From Eubacteriales bacterium (lineage in GTDB: Bacteria; Bacillota; Clostridia; Oscillospirales; CAG-382), in NCBI GenBank assembly GCA_045592105.1, contig JAZNUB010000033.1, positions 162 through 64,161 on the forward strand: 64,000 nucleotides of DNA. The letters run 5' to 3'. A model generated the notes under the pieces. That model did no database searches. It was not told the origin of the DNA and was given only the letters and a program-made list of their open reading frames with translations. Shown piece after piece: positions 42,602 to 53,805 of this stretch (its first letter is position 1; the number at the start of each line of letters is the position of its first letter). Position numbers and translations under genes: made by a program.

Positions 42602-43459
42602 ATGTTTGTGGCATCTGAATGGAAAGACTATACTTTGCTTGACGCGGGCGGCGGCAAGCGCCTTGAAAGATGGGGCAAATATATTCTTCAACGCCCCGAC
42701 CCACAGGTTATCTGGGGCGGTGGCGACCGCGCGGAATGGAAAAAGGCGCACGGGATATACAGCCGTTCATCGGGCGGTGGCGGCAGCTGGATAAAAAAGG
42801 ATATGCCTGAGGAATGGGAGATAAGCTACGGCGATATACGCTTTTGCGTTTCCCCGATGGGCTTTAAGCACACGGGCGTTTTCCCCGAGCAGGCGGCTAA
42901 CTGGGATTGGTTTTCAGAGCTTATAAGGAACGCGGGCAGGCCGATAAAGCTTTTAAATTTGTTTGCATACACGGGCGGCGCATCTATCGCGGCGGCAAAG
43001 GCGGGCGCGTTTGTGTGCCACGTTGATGCATCCAAGGGTATGGTTGCGCGCGCAAAGCTTAACGCACAGCTAAGCGGCGTAAGGCAGGAGGGCATCCGCT
43101 ATATTGTGGACGATTGCTTTAAGTTCGTTCGCAGGGAGCAAAGGCGCGGCAACAAATACGATGCCATTATTTTAGATCCTCCCTCCTATGGGCGCGGGCC
43201 TAACGGCGAAAAATGGTCGCTTGAGGCGGATTTGGATGGGCTTGTGGCAGACCTTTTGCCGCTTCTTTCGGACGAGCCTTTGTTTGTGCTTCTTAACTCC
43301 TATACGGCGGGGCTTTCCCCCTCCACCTGCGGCTATATCTTGGGCTTGGCGCTTAGAAAACGCTTTGGCGGCAGGGTGGATAGTGACGAGCTGGGGCTTC
43401 CCGTTAAGGCAAGCGGCTTGTGCTTGCCCTGCGGTGCTTCCGCAAGGTTCACGGTTTAG
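42602..43459 (+). CDS. class I SAM-dependent (rRNA-type) methyltransferase
   Basis: LNLFAYTGGAS and IILDPPSYGRG motifs. Start set to the ATG at 42602 (RBS AAAAGGGG). Confidence 0.75.
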   Translation: MFVASEWKDYTLLDAGGGKRLERWGKYILQRPDPQVIWGGGDRAEWKKAHGIYSRSSGGGGSWIKKDMPEEWEISYGDIRFCVSPMGFKHTGVFPEQAANWDWFSELIRNAGRPIKLLNLFAYTGGASIAAAKAGAFVCHVDASKGMVARAKLNAQLSGVRQEGIRYIVDDCFKFVRREQRRGNKYDAIILDPPSYGRGPNGEKWSLEADLDGLVADLLPLLSDEPLFVLLNSYTAGLSPSTCGYILGLALRKRFGGRVDSDELGLPVKASGLCLPCGASARFTV

Positions 43460-43467
43460 AGGTGTTT

Positions 43468-44304
43468 ATGTCTTATATAGAAATAAAAGACCTTGCCTTC
43501 TCCTACAGCGAAGAGGGCGAAAGGATATTCAACGGGCTTAATCTGTGCTTTGAAAAGGGCACTTATACCGCGATACTTGGCAGGAACGGAAGCGGTAAAA
43601 GCACGCTTGCAAAGCTGCTTTGCGGTATATTACAGCCTATCGGCGGCAGTGTTACGGTTGGCGGGCTTTCCACCTCTGACGAGGAGCAGCTTTATAAGCT
43701 TCGCCGTAGCTGCGGTATGATTTTTCAAAACCCCGACAACCAGATTGTAGCAAGCGTTGTGGAGGAGGACGTTGCCTTCGCGCCGGAGAATTTGGGCGTG
43801 CCCTCCAAGGAGATACGCCGGATAGTGGACGAATCGCTTGCGCTGGTGGGGATGAGTGAGTACGCAAAGCACTCCACCTATAAGCTTTCGGGCGGGCAGA
43901 AGCAACGCGTTGCGATAGCGGGCGTGCTTGCTATGCGGCCTAACTGTATTATATTTGACGAAGCAACGGCAATGCTGGACCCTATAGGCAGGCGCGATAT
44001 AACGGCTACTATGCGCCGCCTTAACAAAGAGAACGGCATAACGGTAATAAATATAACGCATTATATGAACGAGGCGGCAGAGGCTGACCGCGTTGTTGTG
44101 CTGGACGGTGGCGCCGTATTGCTGGACGGAACGCCCACGCAGGTGTTTTCCGAGGGTGAAAAGCTGCGCGCGGCAAAGCTTGCCACACCGCAGATAACCG
44201 AGCTTTGCGATATGCTGAAGGAGCGCGGCGTTAAGCTGCCCGATGGCATACTGCATACAATGCAGGCGGCTGATGCGATAGAGAACTACGTTAAAGGACT
44301 GTAA
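43468..44304 (+). CDS. ecfA1: ECF transporter ATPase EcfA1
   Basis: GRNGSGKST, LSGGQKQRVAIAGVLA, IIFDEAT. Start set to the ATG at 43468. Confidence 0.9.
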   Translation: MSYIEIKDLAFSYSEEGERIFNGLNLCFEKGTYTAILGRNGSGKSTLAKLLCGILQPIGGSVTVGGLSTSDEEQLYKLRRSCGMIFQNPDNQIVASVVEEDVAFAPENLGVPSKEIRRIVDESLALVGMSEYAKHSTYKLSGGQKQRVAIAGVLAMRPNCIIFDEATAMLDPIGRRDITATMRRLNKENGITVINITHYMNEAAEADRVVVLDGGAVLLDGTPTQVFSEGEKLRAAKLATPQITELCDMLKERGVKLPDGILHTMQAADAIENYVKGL

Positions 44305-44309
44305 AACAG

Positions 44310-45188
44310 ATGTCTTGTATAGAGGTAAAAAATATAAGCGTTGTGTACGGTGCGGGTACTCCGTTTGAGAAGCGCGCGCTGGACAACGTTAGTATAGATT
44401 TCGGCAGTGACCGTGTTGTTGGGCTTATAGGGCACACGGGTAGCGGCAAAAGCACGCTTGCGATGCTGCTTAACGGGCTTAACAAGCCTACCGAGGGTAC
44501 GGTGTTGCTTGACGGAAAGGATATATGGGCAAAGCCCAAGGAGATAAGCAAGGTGCGCTTTCGCGTGGGGCTTGCTTTTCAGTATCCCGAATATCAGCTT
44601 TTTGAGGAAACGGTTTATAAGGATATAGCCTTCGGCCCTAAAAATATGGGGATGAAGGACGAACAGCTTGATAGTGCCGTTAGGGCGGCGGCGCGTTTTT
44701 GCGGTATACCCGAAAGCACGTTTGAAAAATCTCCGTTTGAGCTGTCGGGCGGGCAGAAAAGGCGCGTTGCGATAGCGGGCGTTGCCGCAATGGACCCCGA
44801 TGTGCTTGTGCTGGACGAGCCTGCCGCAGGGCTTGACCCCGCCGGGCGCGAGGAGATAATAGGCGGGCTTTTGCAGTACCGTAGAGAGCGCAAAAATACT
44901 ATGATAATAATCTCGCACAGTATGGAGGATATTGCAAAATACTCCGATTATATAGTTGTGCTTGACCACGGAAGGGTGCACATGCAAGGCACTCCTGCCG
45001 AGGTATTTATGGATGCCGAAAAGCTTTTTGAGGCATCGCTTGACCTGCCGCAGGTAACAAAGCTTTTCGTAGAGCTTAAAAAGCGTTTTCTTGCGGAGGA
45101 AACGGATGTTTACACGGTTAAAGAGGGCGTGCGCCGTATAAGCGCGCTTATAGAAAAAAGGCAAAAAACAGGAGAAGCCAATGCTTAA
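44310..45188 (+). CDS. ecfA2: ECF transporter ATPase EcfA2
   Basis: GHTGSGKST, LSGGQKRRVAIAGV, LVLDEPAAGLDP. Confidence 0.9.
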   Translation: MSCIEVKNISVVYGAGTPFEKRALDNVSIDFGSDRVVGLIGHTGSGKSTLAMLLNGLNKPTEGTVLLDGKDIWAKPKEISKVRFRVGLAFQYPEYQLFEETVYKDIAFGPKNMGMKDEQLDSAVRAAARFCGIPESTFEKSPFELSGGQKRRVAIAGVAAMDPDVLVLDEPAAGLDPAGREEIIGGLLQYRRERKNTMIIISHSMEDIAKYSDYIVVLDHGRVHMQGTPAEVFMDAEKLFEASLDLPQVTKLFVELKKRFLAEETDVYTVKEGVRRISALIEKRQKTGEANA

Positions 45189-45996
45189 AGATATAACCTT
45201 GGGGCAGTTTTTTCCGGGGAAATCACTACTGCATAAAACTGACCCGCGATTTAAAATTTTAATACTTTTGGCGTTCCTTGTAAGTGTTATTGCCGCAAAA
45301 AGCGTTTATTCCTTTGCGCTTACGGTTTTTGTAACGGTTATGCTTGTGGTGCTATCACGCATACCCTTTAAAACAGTTATCAAAAACTTAAAGCCGCTTA
45401 TATTTATTCTTGTCTTTACGGGCATACTTAACGTGTTCCTTTACAAGGGCGAAACAATGCTTGTGCATTGGCGTTTTATAAGCATTTACAAAGAGGGTAT
45501 TATTTACGCGGCGTTTATGATGATAAGGCTTGTGTGCCTTGTAACGGGTAGCTTTGTTGTGCTAACCTACACAACCTCGCCGCTTGATATGACGGATGCT
45601 TTGGAAAGCCTTTTGTATCCGTTTAAGCTTATCAAGCTGCCCGTGCACGAGTTTGCTATGATGATGACTATTGCGCTTAGGTTTATCCCCACGCTTATCG
45701 AGGAAACGGACAAAATTATGAGCGCGCAGAAGGCAAGGGGCGCGGATATGGAATCCGGCGGGCTTTTAAAGCGTGCCAAGGCGCTTATACCCATACTTGT
45801 GCCGTTGTTCGTGTCGTCATTCCGCAGGGCGGATGAGCTTGCAGAGGCTATGGAGTGCCGTTGCTACCACGGCGGTGAGGGCAGAACCAAGATGAAGCAG
45901 ATGAAATGCACCTTTGGCGATTGGCTGTTCTTTATCGTTATGCTTGGCGAATGCGTTGCCATTTTCTTCATAAACGGCTTTGGGGTGAGAATATAA
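45181..45996 (+). CDS. ecfT: ECF transporter transmembrane component EcfT
   Basis: Polytopic membrane protein. ...ALRFIPTLIEETDKIMSAQKARGAD... Overlaps ecfA2 by 8 nt. Confidence 0.9.
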   Translation: MLKDITLGQFFPGKSLLHKTDPRFKILILLAFLVSVIAAKSVYSFALTVFVTVMLVVLSRIPFKTVIKNLKPLIFILVFTGILNVFLYKGETMLVHWRFISIYKEGIIYAAFMMIRLVCLVTGSFVVLTYTTSPLDMTDALESLLYPFKLIKLPVHEFAMMMTIALRFIPTLIEETDKIMSAQKARGADMESGGLLKRAKALIPILVPLFVSSFRRADELAEAMECRCYHGGEGRTKMKQMKCTFGDWLFFIVMLGECVAIFFINGFGVRI

Positions 45997-46763
45997 TGGC
46001 GGTGTACGCTATAACGCTTGCTTACCGCGGCAGTAATTTCAGCGGCTGGCAGGTGCAAAAAAACGCTCCGTCTATACAAGCCGCAGTTCAAAACGCGGTG
46101 GAAAAGGTGTTTGGCACGCGGCTGGACGTAACGGGCTGCAGCCGCACGGACAGCGGCGTTCACGCGCTGGGCTATGTGTGCCATATCGAAAGCGAAAAGC
46201 TTATTGATACGGAAAAGCTGCCGCTGGCGTTGAATATGCACCTTCCGCAGGATATAAGCGCGATTTCCGCAAGGCTTGAAAAGGCGGATTTCCACGCTCG
46301 ATACAGTGCTTTGGGCAAGGAATACGTTTATTATATACGCAACAGCCGCATAAGAAGCCCGTTTGATGCGGGGCTTAGCTATCAATACCCATTTGAGCTG
46401 GACGTTGAAAGGCTTGGAGAGCTTGGCAGGGCGTACGTGGGCAAGCACGATTTCCGCGCGTTTATGTCGGCAGGAAGCAAGATAACCGATACCGTTCGCA
46501 CCGTGTACTATTTCAACGTGTGCGAGGAGAATGGCGTGGTGCAAATAACCGTTGGCGCAAACGGGTTTCTATACAATATGGTGCGTATAATGGTTGGCAC
46601 CTTGCTTAAGGCGCACGGTGGTAGCTGTGATATCAAAGCCGCGCTTGAAACGAAATGCAGGCAAAGCGCAGGGCCTACCGCACCTGCCTGTGGGCTGTAC
46701 TTAAACAGGGTTTTCTATAACGAGGAAGAGCTTAAAAGCAGGATAGCGGAATTTAATTTTTAG
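45996..46763 (+). CDS. truA: tRNA pseudouridine(38-40) synthase TruA
   Basis: YRGSNFSGWQVQ, CSRTDSGVHA. TAATG overlap with ecfT. Confidence 0.9.
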   Translation: MAVYAITLAYRGSNFSGWQVQKNAPSIQAAVQNAVEKVFGTRLDVTGCSRTDSGVHALGYVCHIESEKLIDTEKLPLALNMHLPQDISAISARLEKADFHARYSALGKEYVYYIRNSRIRSPFDAGLSYQYPFELDVERLGELGRAYVGKHDFRAFMSAGSKITDTVRTVYYFNVCEENGVVQITVGANGFLYNMVRIMVGTLLKAHGGSCDIKAALETKCRQSAGPTAPACGLYLNRVFYNEEELKSRIAEFNF

Positions 46764-46798
46764 TTAAGCGTTAAAGAGTATAAAAGGAGGTGGCGCAA

Positions 46799-48046
46799 AT
46801 GAGCGTGTTTTCGGTGTTTGGCAACAAAAACAAGCAAAAGGCAAACGATAACGAAAGCCATTATCGCCGTCTTTGCACGGTTTCTGCCGTTGCAAAGTAC
46901 GCGTGCCTTATTTTGTGCCTCGCCTTGGTGCTTTACGGGTTCTCCTTTAGAACGGACGAGATTAATGCGGACAATTTTAATTATCTGCTTAACTACCTTG
47001 GAGAGGGCGAAACCGACGTAAAAGCATACAAAACCATATATTTTGACAACAACGATACCAATAGGTTTTCTATCGTTAGAGGTGACCTTGCGGTGGTGAA
47101 CGATAGCGGAAGCGCAGTATATACGCTTGCAGGCTTGAGGCGTTCGGTAGACTCGGCGCTTAAGCTGGACAGCCCGCAGGTTCTGTCCAGCGCAAAGTAT
47201 ATGTATATCTACGATTTGGGCGGTACCGACCTTGTTATTAAAAGCACGCTTGAAACCGTGCATACCGTAAGCTACAACTACCCGTTAAGGGGTGCGGCGG
47301 TTACGGATAGCGGCTACTTTGCGCTGATAGGCGAGGAGAAAACAAGCCGCAGCTCCGTTTACGTTTATGATGACAGCTTTCGCGTTATATACGATTGTGC
47401 ATACGGTAGCTTGTATACGCTTTCCGTTGACCTTAACGATGATGCAAGCAGGCTGCTTACCGCTTCCGTTGAAGCGGAGGGGGGCGAGTTTTTAACAACC
47501 CTTTATATGTATTCGCTAAACGAGAAGGAGCCGCTTGCAAAGCAGCTTATAGCAGGTGAGTATCCGTATAAGGTTGCGTTTACCAAAAACGGCGGCTTTA
47601 TGCTTTTAACCAACCTTTGCCTAAGAGTGTACGACGGCAAGGCTAACCTTGTTTCCACGCTGGAGTTTGGGGAAGCGGGCATAAGCAACTATCATATTGG
47701 CGACAAGTATTTTATAAGGCAGTATTCTATATCCACGCTTTCTGCCGCCGTTAAGGTGGAGGTTTACAGCGCGGCGGACGGTAGCCTTGTATGGGAAAGC
47801 TCCTATAACGAGGGTACGCGCCTTGCGAAAAGCTGTGGGGACAACGTGTATATAGCCAGCGGCAACGAAATGACCGTGGTGAGCCTTGAAAGCGGCAAGG
47901 AATGCACCGTGCAGATAGAGGGCGAAACGGTGGACGTTTTGGAGATAGAGGAGGGGAAGGCTCTTGTTATCTCCAAGGGTATGGCAAGCGTTTTGGATTA
48001 CGCCGCGTTGCTTATTAAAGAAGGGGAAGAATCATGGGCGCAATAA
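46799..48046 (+). CDS. membrane-anchored hypothetical protein, beta-rich (DUF5711-like)
   Basis: N-terminal TM (YACLILCLALVLYGF) followed by a repetitive beta-strand-like region. Start set to the ATG at 46799 (RBS AAAGGAGG). Confidence 0.6.
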   Translation: MSVFSVFGNKNKQKANDNESHYRRLCTVSAVAKYACLILCLALVLYGFSFRTDEINADNFNYLLNYLGEGETDVKAYKTIYFDNNDTNRFSIVRGDLAVVNDSGSAVYTLAGLRRSVDSALKLDSPQVLSSAKYMYIYDLGGTDLVIKSTLETVHTVSYNYPLRGAAVTDSGYFALIGEEKTSRSSVYVYDDSFRVIYDCAYGSLYTLSVDLNDDASRLLTASVEAEGGEFLTTLYMYSLNEKEPLAKQLIAGEYPYKVAFTKNGGFMLLTNLCLRVYDGKANLVSTLEFGEAGISNYHIGDKYFIRQYSISTLSAAVKVEVYSAADGSLVWESSYNEGTRLAKSCGDNVYIASGNEMTVVSLESGKECTVQIEGETVDVLEIEEGKALVISKGMASVLDYAALLIKEGEESWAQ

Positions 48047-48765
48047 TAGATTTAATAATTGTGTTTATTGTAGGCGTAACGCTGTTTTTTGCCGTAAAGA
48101 ACGGCTTTGTTAAAACGGCGCTTGGCGCTTTGGGCTTTTTTATCGCGGCGGCGGTTGCGCTTGCGTTTTGCGGCCCTTTGGGCGGCGCGCTTGCCGAGGG
48201 CGGCTTTGGCGATAGGGTAGAGGCTGTTGTTGACAGTACGGTGGATAACGTTGTGAACGCCGATAACTACAAGGGCGTTTTTGAGAACGATGGTGAGGAC
48301 GAAAACGAAAAGCCAAGCGCTTTGTCCGTGCTGTTTACAAGCTTTGGCGCAAGCGATGCGTACACCTCTCTAAGTGACGGCTACAACGCACAGGTGGAAA
48401 AAGGCTTGGAGAACGCGCGCGAATACATTAAAAACGGTATAAACGAAAAGGCTGTGCCGTTTTGCTGTGATATACTTGCGTTTTTGCTTATATATTTCGG
48501 TATGCGGCTGTTGATAAAGATAGCCGAGGTGGTTATGGGCAAGCTAACGGAGTTGCCCGTGCTTAAGCAAGCGGATAAGCTGTTGGGCGCACTTATGGGC
48601 GTTTTGCTTGCGGTGCTTCGTGTTAGCCTGTTTTGCGTTGCGCTAAAGCTTTTGATACCTATATCGGGCGCGTTGGGTATGGATTGGCTTGCACAGATTG
48701 ATCTAAACGATTCTATGCTTTACAGCATTTTCGAGGGCGGAAACTTGCTTTCCGCATTGATATAA
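48034..48765 (+). CDS. cvpA: CvpA-family membrane protein
   Basis: MGAIIDLIIVFIVGVTLFFAVKNGFVKT N-terminus is typical of CvpA. Confidence 0.75.
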   Translation: MGAIIDLIIVFIVGVTLFFAVKNGFVKTALGALGFFIAAAVALAFCGPLGGALAEGGFGDRVEAVVDSTVDNVVNADNYKGVFENDGEDENEKPSALSVLFTSFGASDAYTSLSDGYNAQVEKGLENAREYIKNGINEKAVPFCCDILAFLLIYFGMRLLIKIAEVVMGKLTELPVLKQADKLLGALMGVLLAVLRVSLFCVALKLLIPISGALGMDWLAQIDLNDSMLYSIFEGGNLLSALI

Positions 48766-48813
48766 ATTTTGATAAACGGAGGAAAACGCCGATAATAGGC
48801 GTTGGTTTAAAAG

Positions 48814-51075
48814 ATGGCAAAAATGTGTTCCCGTTGTAAAACGCGTGTTGCGGTAGTGTTTGTAACCCGCGTTGAGGGTGATAAAACATATAACGAGGGG
48901 CTTTGCATAAAGTGTGCAAAGGAGCTGGGCGTTAAGCCTATAGACGATATAATCTCCAAAATGGGCATCAGCGAGGAAGAGCTTGACGCTATGATGGAGG
49001 AGGTAAGCGGCCTTATCCCGATGGATGACGAAGGCGGCGATGGGGACGAAGGGCGCGCACCTGCCATAAACTTTGGCTCGCTGTTCCCTAATATGAAGGG
49101 CCCACAGGGCGAAAAAAGCGAGGAAAAAGGCGAAAAGAAGGACGGAAAGAAGGATTCCGCCCGTAAGTTCCTAACGCAGTTCTGCCAAAACCTTACGCAA
49201 AAGGCAAGCGAGGGCAAGGTGGACAGGATAGTTGGCAGGGATAAGGAGCTTACGCGTGTTATGCAAATCCTTTGCCGCCGTCAAAAGAACAACCCCTGCT
49301 TGATAGGTGAGCCGGGCGTTGGTAAAACCGCGGTTGCGGAAGCGCTTGCTATGCGTATAGTGGAGGGCAAGGTGCCCTACAAGCTTAAGGATAAAGAGGT
49401 GCATCTTGTTGATATGACTTCTATGGTTGCGGGTACGCAGTTTAGAGGTCAGTTTGAAAACAGGATGAAGGGGCTTATAGAAGAGGTTAAAAAGCTTGGC
49501 AATATCATTCTTGTTATAGACGAGGTGCATTCCATAGTTTCCGCAGGTGATGCCGAGGGCGGTATGAACGCCGCAAACATCCTAAAGCCTGCGCTGTCCC
49601 GCGGGGAGATACAGGTTATCGGCGCAACCACACTTACGGAGTATCGCAAGTATATAGAAAAGGACAGCGCGCTTGAAAGGCGCTTCCAGCCCGTTATGAT
49701 AGACGAGCCGAGCGTTGAGGACACGGTGGATATCCTAAAGGGTATTAAGAAGTATTACGAGCAGTTCCACGGCGTGCATATAAGCGATGATTTGATAAGG
49801 CGCATGGTTATGCTTTCCGAAAGGTATATAACCGACCGTTATCTGCCCGATAAGGCGATAGACCTTATGGACGAGGCGGCATCTCGCCTTGCGATGGAAT
49901 CCCCCGTGGTAGGCCAGCTTGCCGAGCTTGACAAGGAGCTGGCGGAGATGGCGCAAAGGCGTGAGGAGCTTGAAACCTCTGAGCAGGACGAGAACGGATA
50001 CCGCGAGCTTGCGTATCTAAAAATAGAGGAAGCGCAAAAGCAGGAGGAGTTTAAAAAGCTAAGCAAAAAGCGCGATAAGCTGCGCTTAACCGACGATGAC
50101 GTTGCCAAGGTTATAGAGGTTTGGACGGGGATCCCCGCAAGCAGTATAACCGAAAACGAGTTTGCTAAGATAGACCGCCTTGAAGCCGAGCTTAAAAAGC
50201 GCATAATCGGGCAGGACGAGGCTGTTGGCAAGGTTGCAAAGGCGATAAAGCGCAGTAGGGCAGGCGTTTCCTACAAAAAGAAGCCCGTTTCGTTTATATT
50301 TGCGGGCAGTACAGGCGTTGGTAAAACGGAGCTTGTTAAGGTTTTGGCAAGCTATCTGTTCCAAAGCCCTGAATCGCTTATCCGCCTTGATATGTCCGAG
50401 TTTATGGAGAAGTATTCCGTTAGCCGTATAATAGGCTCTCCTCCCGGCTACGTTGGGTATGACGATGCGGGCCAGCTTACGGAGAAGATACGCCGCAAGC
50501 CGTACAGCGTTATTCTGTTTGACGAGATAGAAAAGGCACATCCCGACGTTATGAACATCCTGCTTCAGATACTTGACGATGGCAGGATAACCGATTCCCA
50601 CGGGAAAGAGGTTAATTTTGAAAGCACGGTTATTATAATGACTACTAACGCGGGCAGCACCAACGCAACGCCCACGGCAGGCTTTAATGCGGATGCTAAG
50701 AGCAACGATACCGCACGCACCATGCGCGCGCTGGAGCGTTTCCTGCGCCCTGAGTTTATCAACCGTGTGGACGAGATAGTGGTGTTTAACCGCTTGAGCA
50801 AGGAAAACATCAAGCACATTTGCGCTATAATGCTTGGCGATTTACAGAAGGTGCTTGAGGAGAAGGATATAAGCCTTGTTTGGGACGATGCGGCAGTAGA
50901 GGCGCTTTGCGCTAAGGGCTATTCCGACAAATACGGTGCGCGCAACCTACGCCGTATGATACAAACGGAGGTAGAGGATGCGATAGCCGCAAAGATTATA
51001 GAAAACTATAAAACACCCGTTAGCGCGGTAAGCATAAGCGCTGAGGGGGAAACGATAATTGTAAGCTGTATATAA
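48814..51075 (+). CDS. Clp/Hsp100 double-AAA+ ATPase (ClpC-like core) with N-terminal C4 zinc ribbon instead of Clp_N repeats
   Basis: CSRCK-x22-[37 protein letters not shown]. Confidence 0.85.
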   Translation: MAKMCSRCKTRVAVVFVTRVEGDKTYNEGLCIKCAKELGVKPIDDIISKMGISEEELDAMMEEVSGLIPMDDEGGDGDEGRAPAINFGSLFPNMKGPQGEKSEEKGEKKDGKKDSARKFLTQFCQNLTQKASEGKVDRIVGRDKELTRVMQILCRRQKNNPCLIGEPGVGKTAVAEALAMRIVEGKVPYKLKDKEVHLVDMTSMVAGTQFRGQFENRMKGLIEEVKKLGNIILVIDEVHSIVSAGDAEGGMNAANILKPALSRGEIQVIGATTLTEYRKYIEKDSALERRFQPVMIDEPSVEDTVDILKGIKKYYEQFHGVHISDDLIRRMVMLSERYITDRYLPDKAIDLMDEAASRLAMESPVVGQLAELDKELAEMAQRREELETSEQDENGYRELAYLKIEEAQKQEEFKKLSKKRDKLRLTDDDVAKVIEVWTGIPASSITENEFAKIDRLEAELKKRIIGQDEAVGKVAKAIKRSRAGVSYKKKPVSFIFAGSTGVGKTELVKVLASYLFQSPESLIRLDMSEFMEKYSVSRIIGSPPGYVGYDDAGQLTEKIRRKPYSVILFDEIEKAHPDVMNILLQILDDGRITDSHGKEVNFESTVIIMTTNAGSTNATPTAGFNADAKSNDTARTMRALERFLRPEFINRVDEIVVFNRLSKENIKHICAIMLGDLQKVLEEKDISLVWDDAAVEALCAKGYSDKYGARNLRRMIQTEVEDAIAAKIIENYKTPVSAVSISAEGETIIVSCI

Positions 51076-51096
51076 AACAGCAAAGGATACTGCGGG

Positions 51097-53805
51097 ATGA
51101 AAAACAAGGAGCTAAATTTAGAAGGCAGACAATTAAATGCCGGCACAGGCTATTCCGCAGAGGACGGTAGCTTTGAGCCGTCAAGGATGGAGGCGTATGA
51201 GGTAGCCGCGCATTTTGGCACGGATATGGAAAACGGCCTCACCAAGCAGAAGGTGCGCCGTAAGCGTATGGAGGTTGGGGTAAACGCATTCCAGCCCGAG
51301 CACGATGCTTCTATGGCGAACGGCATAAAACGCCAGCTATGCGGGGTGTATATGCCGCTTATGGTGGTAAGCCTTTTGCTGTGTGCCGCGTTCACAAGCG
51401 GGGCGGAGGTATATACTCCGCTTGCGGCGTTGCTTGTGGCGATAATGTTTATAAACGCCGCGCTGGAAAGCCACGCGGCATCCACCCTTAACAAAACCAC
51501 GCGTGCCAACGCTATGCGTACAACGGTGCTTCGCGGCGGCAAGCTTATTTCCGTAAGCAGCGTTGCGTTGGTTCCGGGCGATATGATACAGCTTGAAAAC
51601 GGTAGCGTTGTTCCCGCAGATGCACGCCTTTGCGAAGCAAACCGTTTAACGGTGCTTGAAACCCCTATCACGGGGATAAAGGAAAGCACAGAGAAGGATG
51701 CCGAATATATAGCAAGGGGCGAGGAAAACGGCAGCTACAATATGGTTTACGCCGGTACGATAGTAACATCGGGCAGGGCAAGCGCGATTGTATGCCGCAC
51801 GGGTAAAAGCTGCCGCCTTTACAAATCCCAAGGCGATATGGGCAAGCTGCCTTCTGTGTTTACAAGTATTATAAGAAAATTTTCTATGTTTTCTATCGTT
51901 TTGTCCGCTTTGTGCTTTTTGCTTGTGGTTGTTGGGCTTATAATAGGCAGGCCCTTGGTGGATGCTTATATGATGGCGCTGTCCTGCGCTGTGTGCTGTA
52001 TGCCGCAAAGCGCATACGCTTTGGGTTTTGGCGGCTTTGCCGCAGGTGTTAGGCGTATGTATAAGAAGGGAGCGGTGCTTCGCCGTTTCGCGGTGGTGGA
52101 TACCCTTTGCGTTACGGATAGCCTTATGTGCGATAAGGACGTTGCCTTCCCAATGAGCGAGCTTAGGCCAAAAAGGGTGTTTATTAATAAGGACTACTAC
52201 ACGGTATCGCCCGAAAGCAAGGCAAACATAAAAAAGGTGCTAACCTACGCCTTGCTTTGCTCTGATTTGCGCCGTAGCGCAACGGCAGAAAAGCTGGGGG
52301 ATGGGTTCTTTGGTATGCCTGCGGACGTTTCACTTGCAAGGGAATGTGACCGTATCGGGATAGATATAGACTCGTTTAAGGAAGAGTATTTCCGTATCGA
52401 GGCGGATTACGGCAAGAACGGAGAAATAAAAAGGGCACTTTATTTGCACAACGATGCTAACCTTTTGATAATGCGCGGCACGCCGGAGGAGATACTGCCG
52501 CTTTGCGCGGGGTACGATGCGGGCAACCTAAACAACAGGTTTGACGAGTATTCGCGCCGCCGTATGGAGCAGGCGGCAAAGGCCATGGGTGATGCATCAC
52601 AGCACGTTATAGCAATAGCCTCGGCTGTGTGCGATTGTGACAGCCTTAAAAACACCGTAACCGCACAGCGCAGGCTTGTGCTTAACGGCTTTATCGGGCT
52701 TTACACGTCGTTGGAGCTTGATTCCGCAGGTGCGGTATATAAATGCGCGGCAGGCGGGATAGAAACCGTTTTGCTATCGGGCGATGCTTACGTTACCGCG
52801 GTTAATATGGCTAAAAACGCGGGCATCATTAAGGATGAGAAGCAGGTAATAGCGGCAGAGCAGTTAAGGTATGCCGACCGTGGGCTTTACATAGCGGACA
52901 GCGAGAAGTATAAGCTTTATCTGCATTTAGACGAGGAGCAATGGCTGGACGCTATGCGCATCCGTCGTGACAAGGGGCATACCGTGGCGGTAACAGCCGA
53001 AAGCACGGATAGGCTTGCGATGATGAGGGAGGCAGACGTTTCCTTTGTTCCTGCCGCCACCTCTGCGGAAACGGTTAAATACGCGGCGGACGTGTTGCTA
53101 TACAAAAACGGGCTAAAAACGGTGGAGAGCGTTTTAAGCACCTCCAAGGTTATATACAGAAGGATAGCAGGCGCGGCACGCCAGCTTTGCATAGGCGGCA
53201 CGGCGTTGTTCGTGTGCTTTGCAATAGCCTTGTTTGCGGGTGGGGCGTACCCTATGCGTATACAGGAGGCGCTTATCGGCGGCAGCCTTTTAAACCTTTT
53301 GCTTGCGTTTGCTTGCGCATACGCGCCTGACCACCGCAAGCTTTTGCAGGATAGGGTGGACTATAAGGGTTCGCTTTATTCGGGGCTGTTTTCCGTTATT
53401 TACGGCGCATTGGCAGGCGCTTGCCTTTACGGCACAAGCATTTTGCTTGCAAGGCTTGGCGTATCGGAGCAGGAGTGTGCGTTTTGTATGCTTTTAAGCT
53501 TTGCGGTGTGCTTGTTCGGCGGGATGCTTTTCGGTGCGGAGCAACAGCATTTTTATCGCTCCTCCGCTTTTAAAAACGCACTTGTTCCGATAATGGGGCT
53601 TGTATGTGCGGCGTGTATTGCGCTGTTTGGTGCGGTGCCGCGTTTGTCCGTGCTTTTGGGCTACGCGCTTCCTCAGTACAGGGCGGTGCTTATATCGTTC
53701 CTTGTGCCGATGGCACTTTTTGCGCTTTCCCAAACCGCGCTTATTATTAAAGAGCTTATAGCTAAACCAAATAAATCCAAATTAAGAAAGGAAACAGAGA
53801 TATGA
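51097..53805 (+). CDS. P-type (type II, Ca-ATPase-like) ATPase homologue with degenerate catalytic motifs
   Basis: Cation_ATPase_N-like start, LVPGDMIQLENGSVVPADARL and RGTPEEIL are conserved. But TGES reads TGIKES, DKTGT reads DKDVA, PEGLP reads PQSAY and GDGxND reads AESTD. Confidence 0.8.
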   Translation: MKNKELNLEGRQLNAGTGYSAEDGSFEPSRMEAYEVAAHFGTDMENGLTKQKVRRKRMEVGVNAFQPEHDASMANGIKRQLCGVYMPLMVVSLLLCAAFTSGAEVYTPLAALLVAIMFINAALESHAASTLNKTTRANAMRTTVLRGGKLISVSSVALVPGDMIQLENGSVVPADARLCEANRLTVLETPITGIKESTEKDAEYIARGEENGSYNMVYAGTIVTSGRASAIVCRTGKSCRLYKSQGDMGKLPSVFTSIIRKFSMFSIVLSALCFLLVVVGLIIGRPLVDAYMMALSCAVCCMPQSAYALGFGGFAAGVRRMYKKGAVLRRFAVVDTLCVTDSLMCDKDVAFPMSELRPKRVFINKDYYTVSPESKANIKKVLTYALLCSDLRRSATAEKLGDGFFGMPADVSLARECDRIGIDIDSFKEEYFRIEADYGKNGEIKRALYLHNDANLLIMRGTPEEILPLCAGYDAGNLNNRFDEYSRRRMEQAAKAMGDASQHVIAIASAVCDCDSLKNTVTAQRRLVLNGFIGLYTSLELDSAGAVYKCAAGGIETVLLSGDAYVTAVNMAKNAGIIKDEKQVIAAEQLRYADRGLYIADSEKYKLYLHLDEEQWLDAMRIRRDKGHTVAVTAESTDRLAMMREADVSFVPAATSAETVKYAADVLLYKNGLKTVESVLSTSKVIYRRIAGAARQLCIGGTALFVCFAIALFAGGAYPMRIQEALIGGSLLNLLLAFACAYAPDHRKLLQDRVDYKGSLYSGLFSVIYGALAGACLYGTSILLARLGVSEQECAFCMLLSFAVCLFGGMLFGAEQQHFYRSSAFKNALVPIMGLVCAACIALFGAVPRLSVLLGYALPQYRAVLISFLVPMALFALSQTALIIKELIAKPNKSKLRKETEI

